Part shown: in pieces, positions 56,491-64,000 of the stretch
Numbering within the stretch: the first letter of the stretch is position 1
Layout: each line of letters begins with the position of its first letter
Assembly: GCF_009914755.1 (NCBI RefSeq)
Contig: NC_060935.1
DNA length: 64,000 bases
Source of the DNA: the human T2T-CHM13v2.0 reference genome, Homo sapiens
Direction: 5' to 3' (one strand)
Notes under the pieces: model-generated
Told to the model about the DNA's origin: nothing
The model's input: only the letters and a program-made list of their open reading frames with translations
Databases searched by the model: none
Program-made: the position numbers and the translations under genes

Positions 56491-57149
56491 TAGTATAACA
56501 TATTATGCATAGATTGCATTCGTGTTTACAAAGCCTTTCACATTTGTTCATTGTAACAACCCTATGAAGTAGGTTTAATTACAATTCTTTTATAAAAGAG
56601 AAAACTAATGCCCAAAGAGGTTAAAAGGCTTGCCAAAATCATTTGATTTGGCAAATCTGAGATTCAAACACAGTTCTAAAAACCCTAGTCCAATGCTTAA
56701 TTTTACACTATGTTGCATTTCAGCGGAACCATGACTGCTGTTGGAAGTCGACAGCTTACACTCTCTTGTGTGCTGCAAAGTAAGAAAAGCATAAGCTTTG
56801 GGATCAGACACACTTTGGTTCCAGTCCCAGGTCTGCCTCTCATCTACCTAATCTCATTGAAACAGATTCCTTAGGAAAAAAACTGTCACTGAAATACCTG
56901 GATCTGAGTATTCCACCCATGGCATGTATTAGATCACTTTCCCCTTGAATGGTACCTCTCGGCATATCTATACCCACCACTTGAAATCACTTCTAGAACA
57001 TTTTATGTGTGTCCTGATATTTGTTTAATGCAAACTCCATTTTGCTGGTATTGGTTACAAAGCCTGAAATAAAAAGTCTTCAAGCCCACATTATCAAATA
57101 CATGAAAATAATTCCCATAATTTGCAAAATCATCAAAAAATTTCTCAGC

Positions 57150-58235
57150 TATAAGTACAACCTATATACAGATGACTACCAAATAATGTATCTAGCCAGG
57201 ATTGTTCCCCTAAACTTCAGAACCAAAGTTCAATGGTGTACTTGACATTTTTACATGGAAGTCAAATTAGACACTTGGCAGTTCCTGATGCTCCCCAAAT
57301 GCCAACCAGCTCCTCCTGCCATCTTCTCCAATCTCTGTCAGTGGGAAGTCTATCCTTTCCATTGTTCAGGCCAAAAAGTTTGATGTCACTCTTTAATCTT
57401 TTTGGTCTCACTCTTTAATTTTCTCATTGTTTAACACACAATCTGTCAACAAATCCTGTCATCTATATCTTCAAATATATCCATAATCTGACCATTTTGT
57501 ATTACCTCCACTGCACAACCCTGATCCAAGTCACCATTATCTCTAGCCTGAGTTACTATAATAGCCTTTTAACTGATCTTCCTGCCTCTACTCTTGTCTC
57601 CCTACAATTTAATATCAATAGAGCAGGCAACTTGATCCTGTTAAAACCTGAACCAGATAATGTCATTCCTTTTCTCAAAATGCTCCAAGTTTTCCCATCT
57701 CATTCACAGTAAAAACCTAAGTCCTTACTAGAACCAACAAGTTTCTACATGATTCAGGCCCTCTGCTCCCTCCCTGATTTCACCTTCTATTACTCTCTCA
57801 CTTACTAACTCCACTCCAGCCACACTGACCTTACTCCACGTGAAGAAGAACATGCTGGGGCTCTTTCAAGGCCTTTGCCTTTGGTTAATCCTCTTACCCC
57901 ACCAACCTCATGGCTAGCTCCTTTACTTCCTCTATATCATTTTTTAAAAGTCACCCCTTGATGAAGTCTTCCCTGGTCACTCTAATAAAAAATTTCAACT
58001 GTTTTCCCTCCCTATGACATTTTATAGTCCCCTTCCCCGGTTTACTTTTTTCTCCTTGTCACTCACATCCTTCTAACATATTTATAAGTTCTATCTTGTT
58101 TCATTTCCTATCTCTCAAATTAGAACTCCATGAGAGCCGAGATTTTTGTCCATATTGTTTATTTCTACATCTCCAAGTTCCTAGAAGCAGACCTGGCTTA
58201 GAAAAGGAGGCCCAAAAAATTTACTGAATGAACTT
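57150..58235 (-). mobile_element. L2 fragments
   Basis: CAAATCCTGTCATCTATATCTTCAAATATATCC, CCACTCCAGCCACACTGACC and 3'-end TTTACTGAATGAA motifs. Confidence 0.8.
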
Positions 58236-58735
58236 AAAAAGTGTCTAGTTGTCTGTGGCCTCATACTGGATGCCCATCATAGACATCTATAAATACACGT
58301 ATGCAAGTTCATAAACATGTTGTAAATCACTTTGGTACTTTTTACGTGGGAAAGAAAAGTTGATATAAATGATTAATAGAAATATAAAGAGATTAACCTT
58401 CAGCTGTGTGTTAATAGTGGAAAGAACAATGAATTAATTCAGTAGATCTACGTTGTACATTTTTACTAGCTGAATGACTTTGGGTAAGTTACTGACCCCT
58501 GTGAACCTCAATTCTCACTGGATTATAGAAAAAAATGTTTTTTAAGAAAGATAGTACCCTTCTCTCAGAGAACTACTGTGAGACCCAAGTCAAATAATAT
58601 ATGTGAAAATAAATAAACTATAAATACTATACAAATGTGCGATGTCATTATAGTTATTACCATACTCTGTAAGCATAATAAGTATTACCACCACCAAGAG
58701 GTAAATGAATCATGAAAATGTAAATGTACAAATTA

Positions 58736-59167
<432 letters not shown>

Positions 59168-60182
59168 TCATGTAAAATAGAAGCCTTAGTTTTCAACTAC
59201 CAGGTAAACTTTTAAAGTAAACTACATAAGGAGTTGGATTCTCTTAAATTAACAAATCGCCTTTATCATTATTCCAAATTGACAAGCCCAACCCAGATAG
59301 GAAACTCTCCATTATTTGCAAAACAAAGAAGCTATCCCAACAGCCACATAATAAGCAAACTGCATTTGATTTAAAAGGTCATCTGAAATAGCCTAGTGGC
59401 TTAGCAACAGTGTTTGGAGTTGCTGAGAGACCTAAGATGCACATGGACTTGAATTTCTTGGTCCTAGACATGTGAAAGCTAAACCAGTCATTGGAAAATC
59501 TACAAAAAAAAAAAAAAAAAAAAAAAAAATCCTGGCTTTCATGAGAGGATCTAGATGCCTGGGTAAAATTCCCCCAACAGGGAGCTTCACTTAGTCACTG
59601 GCAACAATTAATTTGCCTGAGAAATTATGTTAAACTAACCAGCTCCTCAGGGACTCCCTTTTGGATTTATACTAAAATAACTGAAAATGACTATTGGTAA
59701 AATAATGCCTACAAGTTGGGAAAGACAATAAAACTCCCCCCAAAAAGCAACTGTGGAATAAAAAAAGAATTGCTGTAATGAGACTATTAACAGGTAAACA
59801 AATGTTTACTGATTGCCTATTATATATCAGGCACTGATTGGGCACGGGACTCCACAGTCAACAAAACAGACAAAATCTCTGTTGCTTACTTCCACAATAA
59901 TTTGTTCCTTGAAATAACCCTGTTAGGTACTCATTATTATTCCTAACTAATATGAATTGGCAATTTGCCCAAGGCCACGCAGCTAATTCAGGGAAGAAGA
60001 AAAATGGCATCAAGGTCTACCTGACTTCAAAGCCTTAACAGAAAAATCTCCAATCCAACAGTTAAAGATTAAACTTCCCAACCGGAAAAGCAATCACACT
60101 TGGATTCATGTGAGGCAGCCTAAGGAGAGGCCTGGAAACAAAGATTAAGATACTTTCCACAGGGCTCCTTGGACACTTTCTT

Positions 60183-61246
60183 TTTTTTTTTAATTATACT
60201 TTAAGTTCTGAGATACATGTGCAGAATGTGCAAGTTTGTTACATAGGTATACACATGTCATGGTGGTTTGCTGCAGGCATCAACCTGTCATCTACATTAG
60301 GTATTTCTCCTAATGCTATCCCTCCCCAACCCTCACCCCCCGACAGGCCCCAGTGTGTTATGTTCCCCTCCCTGAGTCCATGTGTTCTCATTGTTCAACT
60401 CACACTTATGAGTGAGAACATATGGTGTCTGATTTTCTGTTCCTGTGTTAGTTTGCTGAGAATGATGGTTTCCAGCTTCATCCATGGCCATGCAAAGGAC
60501 ATGAACTCATCCTTTTTATGGCTACATAGTATTCCATGGTGTATATGTGTCACATTTTCTTTATCTAGTCAATCATTGATGGGTATTTGGGTTAGTTCCA
60601 AGTCTCTGCTATTGTGAATAGTGCTGCAATAAACATACATGTGCATGTGTCTTTTTAGAATGATTTTTAATCCTTTGAATATATACCTAGGAATGGGATT
60701 GCTGGGTCAAATGGCTCTAGATCCTGGAGGAATTGCCACAGTCTTCCACAATAGTTGAACTAATTTACACTCCCACCAACAGTATAAAAATCTTCCTATT
60801 TCCCCACACCCTCTCCAGTATCTGTTGTTTCCTGACTTTTTAATAATCGCCATTCTAACTGGCGTGAAATGGTGTCTCATTGTGGTTTTGAGTTGCATTT
60901 CTCTAATGATCAGTGATGATGAGCTTTTTTTCATAAGTTTGTTGGCCGCATAAATATCTTCTTTTGAGAAGTGTCTGTTCATATCCTTTGCCCACTTTCT
61001 GATGGGGTTATTTGTTTTTCTCTTGTACATTTGTTTAAGTTCCTTGTAGATTCTAGATATTAGCCCTTTGTTAGATGGACAGATTGCAAAAATTTTCTCC
61101 TATTCTGTAGGTTGCCTGTTCACTCTGATGATAATTTATTTTGCTGTGCAGAAGTCTTTAGTTTAATTAGATCCCATTTGTCAATTTTGGCTTTTGTTGC
61201 CATTGCTTTTGGTGTTTTAGTCATGAAGTCTTTGCCCATGTCTATG
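60183..61246 (-). mobile_element. 5'-truncated L1PA 3' end
   Basis: Poly(T), 3'UTR and ORF2 C-terminus ([19 protein letters not shown]). TSD CTTGGACAC(T/C)TTCTT at 60168-60182 and 61247-61261. Confidence 0.96.
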
Positions 61247-61853
61247 CTTGGACACCTTCTTACTCAGCAACCAGAAATGTTTCACAGCTAGTGGTCATGA
61301 AGTACACAGAACAGACACACCTATGGCTGTTCTTTTACTTTGGGAGTGCTGTTTCTTCAGAAAAGTAGGAGAATTTTGAATTTTTTAATTACTTAATTTT
61401 TGCATTGTATTTCTCATACCTACCAAACTATAGAAAAAGATTTCTTTGTAGAAGTAGACTTGCCACTGCTAAAAGATAAACCAGCATCTTTACACAGTCT
61501 TGCCTTTAAATTTTCACATGCTTCTGAAGCCTTCCTGAGCTGTGTATTTCATTCATCATCCTTATCAACAACCGGCACATTTACTGAGCATTCATTATGC
61601 GCCAGTCACTGTAGCAGATGCTAAAGATACAGAGATGATTAAGATGAAGTCCCTGCCAGTGATAAATTCACAATCTCATGGGGCAGATAGAAACGCAAAC
61701 AGGTAACTACCACATGGAGTGATAAGCGGTATTTACAGGTGCTAGTAGAAGTAAGGGGGAAGTGGAAACCTATCCTCCCTTATGGAATATTTCTTGGAGA
61801 AGGTATGAATCTTAAGGAAAATGGAAAAAGAGGATGAGAAAGGACATTCAGGG

Positions 61854-62049
61854 ACCATTTCATGCCAGTTAGAATGGCGATTATTAAAAAGTCAGGAAAC
61901 AACAGATACTGGAGAGGGTGTGAGGAAATAGGAACATTTTTACACTGTTGGTGGGAGTGTAAATTAGTTCAATCATTGTGGAAGATAGTGTGGCAATTCC
62001 TCCAGGATCTAGAGCCATTTGACCCAGCAATCCCATTCCTGGGTATATA
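61854..62049 (+). mobile_element. Internal L1PA fragment; inverted copy of 60680-60873
   Basis: [19 protein letters not shown] translation on the opposite strand to the neighbouring L1. No tail and no TSD. Confidence 0.93.
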
Positions 62050-62519
62050 CTCCCTTTATGTTCTGTGGCTAGAACATAAAGGGCAAGGTGAAGAGTGTAC
62101 TTTCATTTATTCATTCAACAAATATTTTTTGAGCATAGATATTTGCCAGATCTGGGCCAAGTACTTTGATGGGCTAACTCTTTTAATGCATCACAACAAC
62201 TTTATGGGGTGAGTGGTATTATTATTCTCACTTCACAAAGGATAAGACTGAGAATCAAAAAAGCTTAAGTAATTTTACTCAAGACAGCTCATTCTACCTT
62301 TGTATAGCTCTTCTTGAAAGTCCTTTCTTACACTGAGCTAAAAGTTTCTTACATGGAGCTCTAATTCCTACCCACTTACTTTTCTCACAAAATATGCCCC
62401 CTTCTCCAATGATGATGATAATAGTAATGATGATGATGATCATCATCATCGCTTTGACAATCTGAGAAAGATAACATAAAAAAGCAAATGGATAACTAAT
62501 ATACTTGTAAAAGGACTGG

Positions 62520-62738
62520 AGGAAACGAGCTTCTTGCCCTTCCACCTCCAGCCATGTAAGGGTGCTGCCTTAAGGTGCCATCTTGAAAGCAGAGACTGGG
62601 CCGTCACCAGACACCAAACCTGCCAGCATCCTCATCTTGGGCTTCCCAGCCTCCGTAACTGTGAGCGATACATTTGTGCTGTTTATATATTACCCAGTCT
62701 CAGGTGTTTTGCTATAGCAGTGCTAGTGGACTAAGACA
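62520..62738 (+). mobile_element. MLT1 (MaLR) LTR fragment
   Basis: AAGGTGCCATCTTGAAAGCAGAGA..TTCCCAGCCTCC..AACTGTGAG..GGACTAAGACA. Confidence 0.85.
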
Positions 62739-63009
62739 AACCCAAAGGCTTATATTTAGGTCTTTTTCAACCCTCTCAGTTCTTTCAAGTTTTCCTATTT
62801 CAAATACCATAAATTTGGCACAATTTCCTTAAACATCCTAAGCAGACGTATTTGCTTAACTGTCACTTTATAAGACTGAGCTGAAGAGTATAGTTTTGAA
62901 GAATCCTGTTGAGAACAAGGAATACAACGTAAGGAAATTAAACAAAAAGCAGTTTTACGTTTTCCATTAAAGTGTCTGGCCTTTTATTTGGGGACAGGTA
63001 TCCTGCTGG

Positions 63010-63690
<681 letters not shown>

Positions 63691-64000
63691 AGAATGAGTC
63701 TAATAAGTCTAATAAGAGTCTAATAAGAGGCCTTTTTTTGCAAAGTGGGCAGTGCCACTAGCCTAAACTCAGAGTCAACTTCCAGGCAAACAGCTCTCCT
63801 CATCCCTAAAAGCTTTTGGCTATGTACCAAAGGCCAAATTTGACTTATTTAAAATAATCTGTAGAGCACAGTGGTCAGAGAGGTACTTGCAGGAGCAGCA
63901 ATGCTGCCAGGGGCCTGGGGCTGGGCTGTCCGAGTTCCCATGTGCTAAGCCCACTTGAGCCACAGCCACGTCCGGGGATGAGACAGTTTTTGGTCCTACT

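Noticed and set aside
55592-56537. TGTTTACAAAGCCTT at 55592 and 56523 as a possible TSD
   Set aside because: The L1 is continuous across the first site, and the second resembles the normal start of a MIR. Probably coincidental, though it could have served as microhomology.
63850-64000. GC-rich stretch as a further PRCP exon
   Set aside because: I did not recognise PRCP-coding sequence or a good splice donor, and it is truncated by the window edge.

Overview
Human-type (primate) genomic DNA, dominated by interspersed repeats (about 20 Alus, many L1 fragments, L2/MIR, MER DNA transposons, LTRs). It holds one real protein-coding segment, which the ORF track missed because it has no start codon: the last exon of PRCP (lysosomal Pro-X carboxypeptidase) on the minus strand at 53366-53582. 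That exon encodes the catalytic Asp/His and is followed by a 3'UTR with three tandem AATAAA signals; 53583-64000 is the last PRCP intron. A full-length processed RBMX pseudogene (33653-35786, plus strand, TSD-flanked, frameshifted) is nested in an old L1. Almost all ORFs in the track are Alu, L1 or simple-repeat artefacts. I do not see a new gene system here. The most unusual structure is a set of four independent short local copy-paste events (26-320 bp, direct or inverted, donor 0.7-1.5 kb away, no TSD), each involving L1 DNA. The clearest is an inverted copy that shares a private deletion with its neighbouring L1. Repeat subfamily names and consensus comparisons are from memory, and repeat boundaries are approximate.
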